The notes below the pieces were generated by a model. It was not told where the DNA came from. It worked only from the letters and a program-made list of their open reading frames with translations, and did not search any database. A DNA stretch of 64,000 nucleotides from an uncultured Gemmatimonadaceae bacterium. Its GTDB lineage: Bacteria; Gemmatimonadota; Gemmatimonadetes; Gemmatimonadales; Gemmatimonadaceae. Of the stretch, positions 19,488-29,650 are shown in pieces. The translations under genes and the position numbers were made by a program. The DNA is taken from positions 96,001 to 160,000 of the forward strand of contig CAWJMB010000002.1 in assembly GCA_963843845.1 (NCBI GenBank). The letters are read 5' to 3'. The number at the start of each line of letters is the position of its first letter. Positions within the stretch are counted from its first letter, which is position 1.

Positions 19488-19694
19488 ATGGTCACCCCCG
19501 GCCTCGAGCCCGTCTACTTTCAGGCGCCCGACTTCACGCACTGGACGGTGCACGAAGTCAGCGACCCCGACACGCCGTCGCAGCGTGCGCTCATCTTCGT
19601 CTCGTCGGTCGGCTTCCGGCGTGTGCGCCGCTATCCAGGCCACTGGCGCCAGCTCGACGCGGCAGGATTGTGGGCACTGAGCTGGGAGCGGTGA
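19488..19694 (+). CDS. Small hypothetical protein (68 aa)
   Basis: MVTPGLEPVYFQAPDFTHWTVHEV...LIFVSSVGFRRVRRYPGHWRQL; globular composition. Confidence 0.65.
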   Translation: MVTPGLEPVYFQAPDFTHWTVHEVSDPDTPSQRALIFVSSVGFRRVRRYPGHWRQLDAAGLWALSWER

Positions 19695-19719
19695 CCGGTC
19701 GGTCGGCTAGCTTTCACGT

Positions 19720-20362
19720 ATGTCCGAATCCTTCCCCGCGCTCGTCGTCGTTCGCCACCCGCTCGTGCAGCACAAGCTGACGCTGCTGCGCGACCGCACG
19801 ACACCGACGAAGATCTTCAAGGAGCTCGTCGACGAGATCGCGATGCTCATGGCCTACGAGGCCACCACCGACCTCGCCCTCGACGACGTTCCCGTCGACA
19901 CGCCGCTCGAGCGGGCGATCGGTCAGCCGAGTGAGCGGAAAGAAGCTGACGCTCGTGCCGATCCTGCGCGCCGGGCTCGGCATGGTCGAAGGGATTCTGC
20001 GGCTCGTTCCGTCGGCGCGCGTCGGACACATCGGGCTCTATCGCGATCACGACACGCTCGAGCCGGTCGACTACTACTTCAAGGTCCCGGGCGACGCGGC
20101 GGAGCGCGACTTCTTCGTGCTCGATCCGATGCTCGCGACCGGCGGCAGCGCCGCCTCGGCCGTCGCGTCGCTCAAGCGCGCCGGCGCGACGCGCATCCGC
20201 TTCCTCTGCCTCGTCGCCGCGCCCGAAGGCGTGCGCCGGCTCGCCGACGCGCACCCCGACGTCACGATCTACTGCGCGTCGCTCGATCGCGAGCTGAACG
20301 CGCAGGGCTACATCCTCCCGGGACTCGGCGACGCGGGCGACCGGCTGTTCGGGACCCGGTGA
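19720..20362 (+). CDS. upp: Uracil phosphoribosyltransferase (frameshift near 19926)
   Basis: [13 protein letters not shown] in one frame; [36 protein letters not shown] in the next. Confidence 0.95.
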
Positions 20363-20365
20363 GCG

Positions 20366-21034
20366 TCACCCGAACCACTCGCGCGGACAGTCGCGCTGCT
20401 GCCGCGCCGCGTCGAGCACCCACTGCTGCGTCGCCGAATCGACGATTTCGGTCGCCACCCGGTCGAACCAGCGTCGCGCGGCGGCGTAGTCGCCGACGCG
20501 CCGCCACAGCTCGCCGACGAGATAGGTCAGCACCGCGCGCTCCTCGCGCGCCACGCCGTCGAAGCCCGTCGAGCGCCTCCTCGAACTCCCACGCCGCCTT
20601 GCGGCGGAAGAAGCGCTCGGCCTCGATGTCGCCCTCGTCCACGCAGCACCACGCAGCGCGCAGCAGCAGGTCGGCGACGTGCCGCGGCTCGAGCCCCTGC
20701 CACTCGGCCACCTTCGCGGCCGCCTCGTACTTCTCCGAGCCGACGAGCGACGCGTGGTCGAGCACCGCGCGCGTGACGGTCGGCGCGAGCTCGTTCCACA
20801 CGTGCTCGCGCAGCGTCGGGGTCACGTCGGCGTCGTCGGTGAAGTCGCGCTCGGCGCCCGAATAGCCGCAGCGGTTGCACATGTGGATGAGGTACGGCAG
20901 CGGCTGCGTGCCGGCGGCGCGCTCGTGGAAGTCGGTGCGCTTGCCGCCGAACGAGTTCGTCGAGACGACCGGCTGCGAACGAAGCGCGTCTCGCAGATGG
21001 GGCAGTGCAGCTCGATTTGCTGCAGCGTCGTCAT
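20366..21034 (-). CDS. DUF2225-like zinc-ribbon/TPR protein (frameshifts near 20978 and 20568)
   Basis: CPICETRF and CNRCGY Cys pairs, [28 protein letters not shown] across three frames. Confidence 0.75.
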
Positions 21035-21255
21035 CGATCCTGCTCCTGCGGTCATCCGTCGGCGTGGAGTGTTCGTACCGGAGCACCAAGAAACTTCCAT
21101 GCCATGCGCGGCTCGGCTCACCGAGTCGCTCGTGTCGCGTGTCACACGGCGCACGGCGACGCCGGCACACGCCGCACCGCGCCTCCGCGCGCGCTCTTGT
21201 TCGCCTCCGAGGCCACGTCTATCTTCTGCCTCCCGTGACCCTCCTGCCGTCGTAG

Positions 21256-22205
21256 ATGCTGATCAACCTGCTGCCCGATTTCCTCGCCGTTCTCGAGAGC
21301 GAGGATCGCGTCGCCGCCTACCAGCGCTACTTCGAGGCGCACCGGACGCTGCTCGCCGCGTACTGGGACAACTACGTCGTCGACCCCGACGGCCCGCACT
21401 TCGACGAGGTCGTGCGCGCGACCGTCGCCGCCGATCGCGCCGACCTGCACGCGATGCTCGCTCGCACCGACGTCGTCGCACTCGCCGCCGCCGCGCACGA
21501 CCGTGCCGCGCAGCTGCTCGCGAGGACGTCGAGGTCGACGTCGTGCTCATGGTCGGCGTCGGCGCCGCGAACGCCGGAGAGCTCGTCGTCGACGGCCGAG
21601 GCATCGCGTTCGTCTGCCTCGAGCACTTCACCGGCGTCGCGAATCCGACGACGCAGGGGCTCGGCCTCGACCCCGAGCTCATTCCGCTCTGGCTCGCGCA
21701 CGAGATGACGCACGCCGTGCGCTACACCTCGCCCGCGAGCCGCAGCGAGATGCGCCCGCTCGTCACCGAGTGCGGCGGATACTACTCGTACTGGGAGACG
21801 GGTCGGCGCGCCGCCTTGCGCGAGCTGCTCGTGAACGAGGGGCTCGCCGTGCAGGTCTCGCGCCTCGTCAGCCCTGGCCACGCCGCGTGGGAGTACTTCG
21901 GCTACGGCCGCCGGCAGTACGCGCGCGTGCGCGAGCTCGAGCCGGTGATCACGCGCGCCGTCTCTGCCGACATCGATCGCGCCGGACTCGGCCTCCGCCT
22001 GCGCTAGCTCTCGGGCGGGATGAGCGACGAGGCGCGCACCGTCGACCGCTACGTCCTCCCCGAGCGCAGCGGCTACTTCCTCGGTGCCCGCATGGTCGAG
22101 CCGGCGATCGTGCAGCGCGGCGTGGCGTGGGCGGTGCGGGCGTCGGCGGAGGAGCTGTGCGCGGTCGGGTCGGCGCGGGCGGTACGCCCGGCGGCGAGCG
22201 CCTGA
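21256..22205 (+). CDS. Predicted Zn-dependent protease (DUF2268-like); frameshift near 21520 and in-frame TAG at 22005
   Basis: LAHEMTHAVR (HExxH), downstream LVNEGLA, C-terminal GYFLGARMV. Confidence 0.7.
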
Positions 22206-22256
22206 CGCGGCGTTCGCTCTCCACCGGCATCCTCGGGGCGCACGAAGGCACTTTCG

Positions 22257-22484
22257 TTGGCATCCCGTCGTCGGCTCGGCTGCGGAGTCCTGCTCGGAGT
22301 CGCCGCTCTGTCGCCGGGCGTCGCGCTCCTGGTGGCCGGCCGTTGGGTCCAGACGCACGGCGGTGGGCGAGCGGTGCTCGTCGGCGGGGTGGCGGCGCTG
22401 GCGCTCGGGCTGTTCGTTCTCGTGACGCTCGGCTCCGCGCTTCGGAGGTCGGCGATGGAAGGCGGACGTGACGTTCGGACGTGA
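22257..22484 (+). CDS. Possible small two-TM membrane protein
   Basis: Two hydrophobic stretches; weak TTG start. Confidence 0.3.
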   Translation: MASRRRLGCGVLLGVAALSPGVALLVAGRWVQTHGGGRAVLVGGVAALALGLFVLVTLGSALRRSAMEGGRDVRT

Positions 22485-22501
22485 CGGGCGGAAAGGCGCC
22501 G

Positions 22502-23937
22502 TCACTTCCCCACGCAGAACGTCGAGAACAGCCGCCCGAGCACGTCCTCGACGTCGATCGCGCCGATGATCTCGTCGAGCGCGTGCACGGCGGCTCGCAG
22601 ATGCACCGCCGCCACCGGCGCCGGCAGCGCGTCGACGGCGAACGCCTCGACGAACTGCGCGAGCTCGGCGTGCGCCTCGCTCAGCGCGCGCTGGTGCCGC
22701 TCGCGCGTGACGAGCGGCGTGTCGATCGACGGCGCGTCGTAGCGCGCCGAGAGCGCATCGAGGATCGCGGCGACGAGGGCGTGCAGCCCCTCGCCCGTCG
22801 TCGCGCTGACCGCGATCGGCGATGTGGTGGTACGGTCGGCGTCGGATCGGTTCGGTGGGGGCGTCGAGCTCGTGGCATCTTGCGTACGGGGGGCCCCCCC
22901 CTGGGGGGCGGAGGCGAGGTCACTCTTGGTACGCACCTCGATCAGCGGCGCCGTCGTGAGCGGCCGCACGCGCGCCACCGTCGCGTCGACGTCGTCGGCC
23001 GTCTCGCCGCACGCGAGCACGACGTGCGCCCGCGCGACCCACCGCTCCGACAGCTCGATCCCCGCCCGCTCGATCTGGTCGACGGTCTCCCGCAGCCCCG
23101 CCGTGTCGACGAGGCGCAGCGGCCACGCCGCTCCCGGCACCTCGAGCAGCACCTCGAGCGCGTCGCGCGTCGTGCCCGGCACCTCGGTCACGATCGCCCG
23201 CGCCTCGCCGGCGAGCGCGTTGAACAGCGACGACTTCCCCGCGTTCGGGGGCCCCGCGATGACGACGAGCGCGCCGTCGCGCACGATGGCGCCGGCGGGC
23301 ACGGTGTGCAGCAGTGCGGCGACGCTGTCGCGCGCGCCCTCCGCGGCGGCGAGCATCCGCGCCCGCGGGACCGGCCCGTCGTCCTCGTCTGGGAAGTCGA
23401 TGTCGTAGGCGACCAGTGCCTCGACGTCGAGCACCCGCTCGCGCAACTCGGCCACGCGCCGCGACAGGCCGCCGTCGAGCTGCGCGACCGCGGCGCGCCG
23501 CATCGCCTGCGTTCGCGCGTCGATCAGGTCGCCGACCGCCTCGGCCTGTGCGAGATCGAGCTTGCCGCGCAGCACGGCGCGGCGCGTGAACTCGCCTGGC
23601 AGCGCCTGTCGCGCGCCGGCCGCGACGAGCGCCGCCAGCGTCGCCGCCGGAACCGCGTGCCCGCCGTGCGTGGACAGCTCGACGACGTCCTCGCCCGTGT
23701 ACGAGCGCGGCGCCGGGTAGCGTCGTCACGAGCGGTCGGTCGATCGGCTCGCCGGTGCGCGGGTCGCGCACGGCGCACAGCGTCGCGACGCGCGGCGACA
23801 GGGGCCACGGCGCGAGCACGCGTGCGGCCACGTCGAACGCGCGTCGGCCCGCTCACGCGCACGACGGCGATCGCCGCGCGTCCCGGGGCCGTCGCGATCG
23901 CCGCGATCGTGTCTTCGTCGCCGGCAGTTGGTATCAT
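22502..23937 (-). CDS. mnmE: tRNA modification GTPase MnmE/TrmE (frameshifts near 23850 and 23720)
   Basis: DTIAAIATAPGRAAIAVVRVSG, GKLDLAQAEAV, GPPNAGKSSL, PGTTRD, DTAG, C-terminal FCVGK. Confidence 0.95.
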
Positions 23938-23944
23938 GACGACA

Positions 23945-24759
23945 TCATCGCGCGAGCGTGAGCGTCTCCCCGGGCTCGAGAATCCGCACGTCGCCCGCCC
24001 GCGCGTAGCTGCGGCAGCGCCGCCCGCAGCCGCGCGATCGCGTCGTGCGCCCCCGACGTCATGTGGTTGAACGTCCCCCAGTGGTACGGCACGAAGTAGC
24101 GCGCGCCGAGGCGCCCGAACAGCTCGAGCGCGTCCTCGACGGTCAGGTGCCCGGCGCGGAAGCGCGCCGCCTTCCACTCGGGCGCGTGCCCGATCGGGAG
24201 CAGCGCGACGTCGAGCGGCCTGCCGAGCGCGCCGCAGACACGTGCCGCCAACGCGTGCGTCGACGGGGTGAGCGCGGTGTCGCCGGCGAAGAGCACGCTG
24301 TGTGACGGCGACGTCGAGGAGGTACATGTGCGCCTCGCTTCGCCAGCGGTCGAACCCGTAGCGGCTCCCGACGTGCGTCGCGCGCTCCGCATGCACCATC
24401 ACGGTGCCTAACGAGTGGTCGGCGCCTGCGGCGAGCGGCCGCGCGGTCGAGATGCCGCGCCGCGTGAGCCACGCGGCGACGGTCGGCGGCGCGATCACGG
24501 GAACGTCGTGCCGCATCCGCTGCAGGGCGCCTAACGATGTGAGCGACAGGTGGTCGACGTGCGCGTGCGTCACGAGCACCGCGTCGAGCCTGGGCAGCGC
24601 GGCGAGCGCGATGCCCGGCGCCGCGACGCGCTTCAACCGCGACCCGATCGCGAACGGGCCGAGCGCGTCGTCGAAGTTCGGGTCGGTGAGGATCGTGACG
24701 CCGTCGAGCTCGATGAGGAGCGTCGCGTGGCCGACGTAGGTGATGCGCGCGGGGTGCAT
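23945..24759 (-). CDS. MBL-fold metallo-hydrolase (UPF0173/NAPE-PLD-like), frameshifted
   Basis: ITYVGHATLLIE, TDPNF, THAHVDHL, FAGDT, LLPIG, PYHWGTF. Confidence 0.85.
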
Positions 24760-24807
24760 TCCACCACTGCCGGGCAGATTCCGCGCCCGACCTCGACCCA
24801 CTCGACC

Positions 24808-24988
24808 ATGCCCCGTCGTCCGCTCGCCGCGCTCGCGGCGGCAGCCGGCCTACTCTACCGTCGTGCAGAAGCCGTGGGTCAACACGTTCGTGTTCGGCCT
24901 CGTCCCGGCGCCGCCGATCAGCGTCTCGCAGCGGTGCCCGGTCGTCGTCCAGAAGGTCACGGCCGAGCGGAGCTTCCTGCACAGCTGA
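24808..24988 (+). pseudogene. Degenerate Bor/Iss-like lipoprotein remnant
   Basis: ATG-led signal fragment out of frame with VQKPWVNTFVFGLVPAPPISVSQRCP...KVTAERSFL; lipobox and C-terminal Cys missing. Confidence 0.45.
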
Positions 24989-25002
24989 CGCCGGGTTCCC
25001 AG

Positions 25003-25033
25003 CCGTCACTCCTCGCTCCGCTCGGAGTGACGG
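25003..25033. repeat. REP-like hairpin (CCTCGCTCCGCTCGG family) downstream of yidC
   Basis: CCGTCACTCC-TCGCTCCGCTC-GGAGTGACGG; core shared with 26319, 52636 and 59997-60113. Confidence 0.75.
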
Positions 25034-25042
25034 GCGGGGGCA

Positions 25043-26838
25043 CTACGCCCTCAACGGCGACCCCTTCCGGATCGGCGTGCCTTCCACGGGCGGGCTTCCC
25101 CCCGACTTCTTCCGTTCCCGCGCGATGAGCCACTGCTGCGGGATCATGATGAGGTTCTGCGTCAGGTAGTAGAGGTTCAGCCCCGAGGCGAGGTTCAGGA
25201 AGAAGAACAGGAAGACGGCCGGCATCACGTAGGCCATCATCTTCTGCTGCTGCATCTGCGGGCCCGCCGGCGCGGTGCGCATGCCGATCCACGAGAGCAG
25301 GAACTGCGTCGCCGCGACGAGCACCGGCATGACGTAGAACGGGTCCTTGATCGAGATGTCGGGCAGGTACAGGAACGGCACGCCGCGGAACTCGATCGTG
25401 TTCTGGAACACGTGGAAGAGCGCGAAGAAGATCGGCAGCGGAATGAGCATCGGCAGACAGCCGGTGACCGGCGCGAGCGGGCTCATGCCGTGCGCCGCGT
25501 ACAGCCTCGTCATCTCCTGCTGCAGCTTCGCCGGGTCGCCCTTGTGGCGCGTCTGGATCGCCTGCAGCTCCGGCTGGAGCCGCTGCATCTTGACCTGCGT
25601 GCGCATCATCCCCTGCTGGAGCGGCCACAACGCGAGGCGCACGATGACGCCGAACAGCACCAGCACCCAGCCGTAGCTCAGCGCGAACGTGTCGTGCATC
25701 CAGAACAGCGCCTTGATGCAGAACGTCGCGAACGGCTGCACGACGCCCTGGAGCCACCCGCCGTACGGGTTCACGTTCTCGAAGTCGCGCCCCATCGCCG
25801 TGAGGTGGCGGTACTCGAGCGGGCCGGCGTAAACGTCCATCGCGAAGCCGCCGTTGTTCAGCGCCTGCACGATCGTGCCGCTCGCGTGCGTCGCGACTTT
25901 CGAGGTGCGGACGCCGCCCTGCAGCGTCGCCTCGGTGAACGTCATCCCTGCAGGGGCGAGCGCGCCGACGAGGAAGTACTTGCTCTTCGCGACCGCCCAC
26001 GTCAGCGGGCCCGGAACGATCTCGCGCTCTCCTGGCTCGAGGCGCGAGAACGCCGCCGCCTTCGCATCCTTGTTCGTGCGCTTGTACGCGTAGGCGAGAT
26101 GCGTCAGGTGATCGAGCGAGTCCGTCTCGGTCGTCTGCAGCCGCGCCGGCAGGTCGACGAGCAGATATGCCGGCCCCGTCACGTTCCCGACGGTGCCGCG
26201 CAGGTGCGCGACGAAGCTGTCGGGAACGAAGGAGTAGACGAACTGCACCGGCACCGTCGCCCCGGCGCGCGTCTGCGCGACGCCGTCGAGTTGCACGACC
26301 TGCACGGTGGCCGCGCCGTTCCTCGCTCCGCTCGGGGCGACAGGGCGCGTGGCGGTGAACAGCGTGCGCGAGAGCACGAGTGTGTCGCCGGGGATCACGA
26401 CGCGGTACGACAGGAGCGCCTCGTTCCGCGCCGCCAGCTCGACCGGCCGCCCGCCCCCGAGCGTGGCCGGGGCGAGACTTCTGTAGTCGCGCATCTCCGC
26501 GCCGACCAGCGATGCGCCGGCGGTGCTCACGCGATACGACGTCGTCGCGCCGCCGACGCTCAGCACCTCTGCCGCCGCCGAGGGGGCCGGAGCGGCTGTC
26601 GCGACAGTCGGCGCACCAGAGATCGACGGTGTCTGAGCCGAGGCAGCCGGCGCGGTGGCCGGCGTGGCCGACGGCACCGTGGCCGGCGTGGCCGACGGCG
26701 CCGTGATGGCGGTCGTCGGGGTCGCGGCGGGATCGTCGCCGAGGCCGGCGAGCGGCGCGTCGGGAAGAGCAGTTGCGCGACGAGCACGACCCCCACGGCG
26801 AGCACGAGGGCGAGCAGCAGTCGTCTATTGTTTTCCAT
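25043..26838 (-). CDS. yidC: Membrane protein insertase YidC (frameshift near 26755)
   Basis: MENNRRLLLALVL N-terminus; SYGWVLVLFGVIVRLALWPL, MQRLQPEL, GCLPMLIPLPIFFAL, DPFYVMP, SGLNLYY; position after yidD. Confidence 0.95.
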
Positions 26839-26901
26839 GACTATGTGAGCGACGGACGGGCGGCGGGCGACGCCGGGAGACGCTCGAGCGTCTCGCGCTT
26901 C

Positions 26902-27114
26902 TTAGGGGACCGGGTCGTAGCCGCCGGGGCGGAACGGGTGACAGCGGCCGATACGGCGCACCGTCAGCCAGCTCCCGCGTATCGCGCCGTGCTTCTCGAG
27001 CGCCTCGATGCCGTACGCGGAGCAGGAAGGATAATAACGGCACTGTCCGCCGAGCAGCGGCGAGAGCGCGACCTGGTAGGCGCGGACGACGAGCACGAGC
27101 AGCGTGGCGACCAT
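26902..27114 (-). CDS. yidD: Membrane protein insertion efficiency factor
   Basis: [22 protein letters not shown]...[14 protein letters not shown]. Confidence 0.96.
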   Translation of the reverse strand: MVATLLVLVVRAYQVALSPLLGGQCRYYPSCSAYGIEALEKHGAIRGSWLTVRRIGRCHPFRPGGYDPVP

Positions 27115-27123
27115 CGATGCGCG

Positions 27124-27582
27124 CTACGGCTCGCGGGGGGTCGTGAGATTCACGACCACGCGGTCGATCTGACGTGCCAGCGCCGCGAAGTCGTCGTCGT
27201 ACGCTTCGGCTCGTGCGCGAACGACGAGCTCGCACGGGTGCAGCCCCGGCGGCGTCGGCAGCACCGGCAGGAGCCGGGTGCGGACGAGCTCGCGCAGCCG
27301 CCGTTTGAGGCGATTCCGGTCGACGGCGGAGTGGCGGTGTCGCGGAACGATGATGCCGACACGACACGACTCTGCCGCGACCACGCGCACTTCGAGGTGC
27401 TCCGCCTTGATGCGCCGCCCCTGTCGCCGCACCCGGTCGAGATCGGCGCCGCGGGTGAGCCGGCGATCGCGCGGAAATGCGAACGGCCGGCGGTTCGCTC
27501 GCGTGCCCGAGGTGCTCGAGGCATCGCGCGGCGAATCGCCGGCCGACGTCGGATCCTGACGCGGACCCTGATGTGGATCCAC
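27124..27582 (-). CDS. rnpA: Ribonuclease P protein component
   Basis: FPRDRRL, RVGIIVPR, SAVDRNRLKRRLRE (RNR motif); between rpmH and yidD; start uncertain. Confidence 0.92.
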   Translation of the reverse strand: MDPHQGPRQDPTSAGDSPRDASSTSGTRANRRPFAFPRDRRLTRGADLDRVRRQGRRIKAEHLEVRVVAAESCRVGIIVPRHRHSAVDRNRLKRRLRELVRTRLLPVLPTPPGLHPCELVVRARAEAYDDDFAALARQIDRVVVNLTTPREP

Positions 27583-27628
27583 CGGCGGTGGCTACACGCT
27601 CAGGCGCGAATCGCTCGGGCGCCCGTCC

Positions 27629-27796
27629 TCAGGCGCCCGCGACGTACTTGGTCGGGATCTGCACGGTGAGACGCTTGCGCCCCTTCTTGCGGCGGCGGCT
27701 CAGCACTTCGCGCCCCCACTTGTCGGCCATGCGCGTGCGGAAGCCGTGCGTGCGGATGCGGCGCTTGTTACGGGGGCGGTAGGTCGGCTTACCCAT
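27629..27796 (-). CDS. rpmH: 50S ribosomal protein L34; absent from the ORF track
   Basis: Manual translation [55 protein letters not shown]. Confidence 0.97.
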   Translation of the reverse strand: MGKPTYRPRNKRRIRTHGFRTRMADKWGREVLSRRRKKGRKRLTVQIPTKYVAGA

Positions 27797-27990
27797 CGAA
27801 GTGCTCCAACGAGGTGCTGGCGATATGCAGGGCGCTATGCGCGAGCGCGAGGCGCCGGCGCGAACAGTCGAATGCCCCGCACATCGCTGCCCGGGACAGA
27901 CCGGTAAACGTAGTCCTGGCCTACACTTGCGTCAACCCGCCCGTGCTCGGCACGAGCCGCGCGACCGTGCGGTACGTGACAGCGAGCAAG

Positions 27991-28040
27991 TTATCCACGT
28001 CCTCGGCGAAGTTCTCCACGAACGCGTTGATTTTTCCACA
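27991..28040 (+). promoter_or_regulatory. Three DnaA-box-like sites upstream of dnaA
   Basis: TTATCCACG (27991), TTCTCCACG (28012), TTTTCCACA (28032) versus consensus TTATCCACA. Confidence 0.8.
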
Positions 28041-28090
28041 TCGTCGCATCACTTTCGCCTCCCCGCATCACTGTCCTTCTCGCCTGCCTG

Positions 28091-29650
28091 ATGTCGCTGT
28101 CGGCCACCGAAGTCTGGGAACGTCTGCTCCTCCGCGCTCGCTCGGAGCTTCCCGAGTCGACGTACCGCACCTGGCTCGAGCCGACCGAAGCGCTGGCCCT
28201 CGAGCGGGACGCGGTCGTCGTCGGCGCGCCCGACCAGTTCGCGGCCGACTGGAACACCTCCAAGCACGCCGCCCTCCTCTCCTCGTACGCCCCCGTCGCG
28301 CTCGGCCACCCGATCGAGGTCGTCTTTCAGGTGCACACGAGCCGGAAGGCGAGAGAGCAGATGGATTTTCTCGTCGAGCCGCCGCCGGTGGCGGTGAAAC
28401 AGCCGGGGAGCGGGGAGCCCGGAGCGGGGAGCGGGAGGGCGCAGGCACCGGATTCTCGATCCCCGCTCCCCGATCCCCGGCCCGTTCACAGCGCCCCGCT
28501 CAACCCGCGCTACACCTTCGACCACTTCGTCATCGGTCAGTCCAACGACGTCGCCGCGGCGGCCGCGGGGGGGGCGGCGCAGGCACCGGGGAAGGTCTAC
28601 AACCCCCTGTTCATCTACGGCGACACCGGGCTCGGCAAGACGCATCTCATCCAGGCGGTCGCGCACGAGCTGCTGGGGCGCAATCCGATGACGCGCGTCA
28701 CCTACGTCAACACCGAGCAGTTCACGAACGAGTTCGTCGCCGCGCTGCAGAGCCGCACGACGCTCGACTTTCGACGGCGCTACCGCGAGACCGACATCCT
28801 CCTCGTCGACGACGTGCAGTTCCTGCGCGGCAAGGAGACCACGCAGGAAGAGTTCTTCCACACGTTCAACGCGATCTACGAGGCCGGGCGGCAGATCTGC
28901 CTGACGAGCGACCGCCCGCCGAAAGACATTCCTGGTCTCGAGGCGCGTCTCGTGAGCCGGTTCGAGTGGGGGCTCGTCGCGAACGTCGACCTCCCCGAGT
29001 TCGAGCATCGCGTCGCGATCCTGCGCAAGAAGGCGCAGCTCGACCACCTCGAGAGCTCGATCCCCGACACCGTCCTCGAGTTCATCGCCGAGCACGTGAA
29101 GTCGAGCGTGCGGGAGCTGGAAGGGTCGATCATCAAGCTCCTCGCTTACGCGTCGCTCAAGCGCGGCGACATCACGATCGAGCTCGCGCGCGAGGCGCTG
29201 CGAGACAAGCTGCGGGTGGAGGACGGTGCGGCTGCCGGGGCTCGGGACGCGGGGCTCGGGGCCCGGGCGGGTGCCTCCTGGGCGGGCGCGAGCGGGAATC
29301 GGGCGGCCAGCGTCTACTCGTCGCCGCCAGGCTCCAAGTCGGCCGAGCGCGCTGCGCTGTCGGTCATGACGATCCAGCAGATCGTCGGCGCGGAGTGGGG
29401 GGTGACGCCGGAAGGGCTGCAGTCGAAGACGCGGACGAAGGCGTTGACGACGCCGCGGCAGATCGCGATGTGGCTGTGCCGCGAGCTGCTCGCGTTACAG
29501 CTCGTCGAGATCGGCAACGCGTTCGGCGGGCGCGACCACTCGACGGTGATCCACTCGCTCGAGCGGGCGCAGGCGATGATGGCGGAAGACGAGGCGTTCC
29601 GGGGGCGTGTGGAGAAGGTGCGCGGGATGTTGGTAAGCATCCGCGGCTAG
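28091..29650 (+). CDS. dnaA: Chromosomal replication initiator DnaA
   Basis: LNPRYTFDHFVIGQSN, YNPLFIYGDTGLGKTHL, LLVDDVQFL, RELEG, FGGRDHSTVIH. Confidence 0.99.
   Translation: MSLSATEVWERLLLRARSELPESTYRTWLEPTEALALERDAVVVGAPDQFAADWNTSKHAALLSSYAPVALGHPIEVVFQVHTSRKAREQMDFLVEPPPVAVKQPGSGEPGAGSGRAQAPDSRSPLPDPRPVHSAPLNPRYTFDHFVIGQSNDVAAAAAGGAAQAPGKVYNPLFIYGDTGLGKTHLIQAVAHELLGRNPMTRVTYVNTEQFTNEFVAALQSRTTLDFRRRYRETDILLVDDVQFLRGKETTQEEFFHTFNAIYEAGRQICLTSDRPPKDIPGLEARLVSRFEWGLVANVDLPEFEHRVAILRKKAQLDHLESSIPDTVLEFIAEHVKSSVRELEGSIIKLLAYASLKRGDITIELAREALRDKLRVEDGAAAGARDAGLGARAGASWAGASGNRAASVYSSPPGSKSAERAALSVMTIQQIVGAEWGVTPEGLQSKTRTKALTTPRQIAMWLCRELLALQLVEIGNAFGGRDHSTVIHSLERAQAMMAEDEAFRGRVEKVRGMLVSIRG

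Noticed and set aside
22005..22007. In-frame TAG as stop-codon recoding or pyrrolysine
   Set aside because: TAG terminates many other genes here (dnaA, sthA) and the site lies in the error-rich patch; a TAC-to-TAG error or mutation is simpler
26655..26705. 24-bp tandem duplication in yidC
   Set aside because: Ordinary low-complexity linker (PSATPAT) expansion
19920..26760. Programmed frameshifting or mass pseudogenisation
   Set aside because: No slippery motifs recognised, indels are clustered by position and hit normally essential yidC; consensus error is more likely
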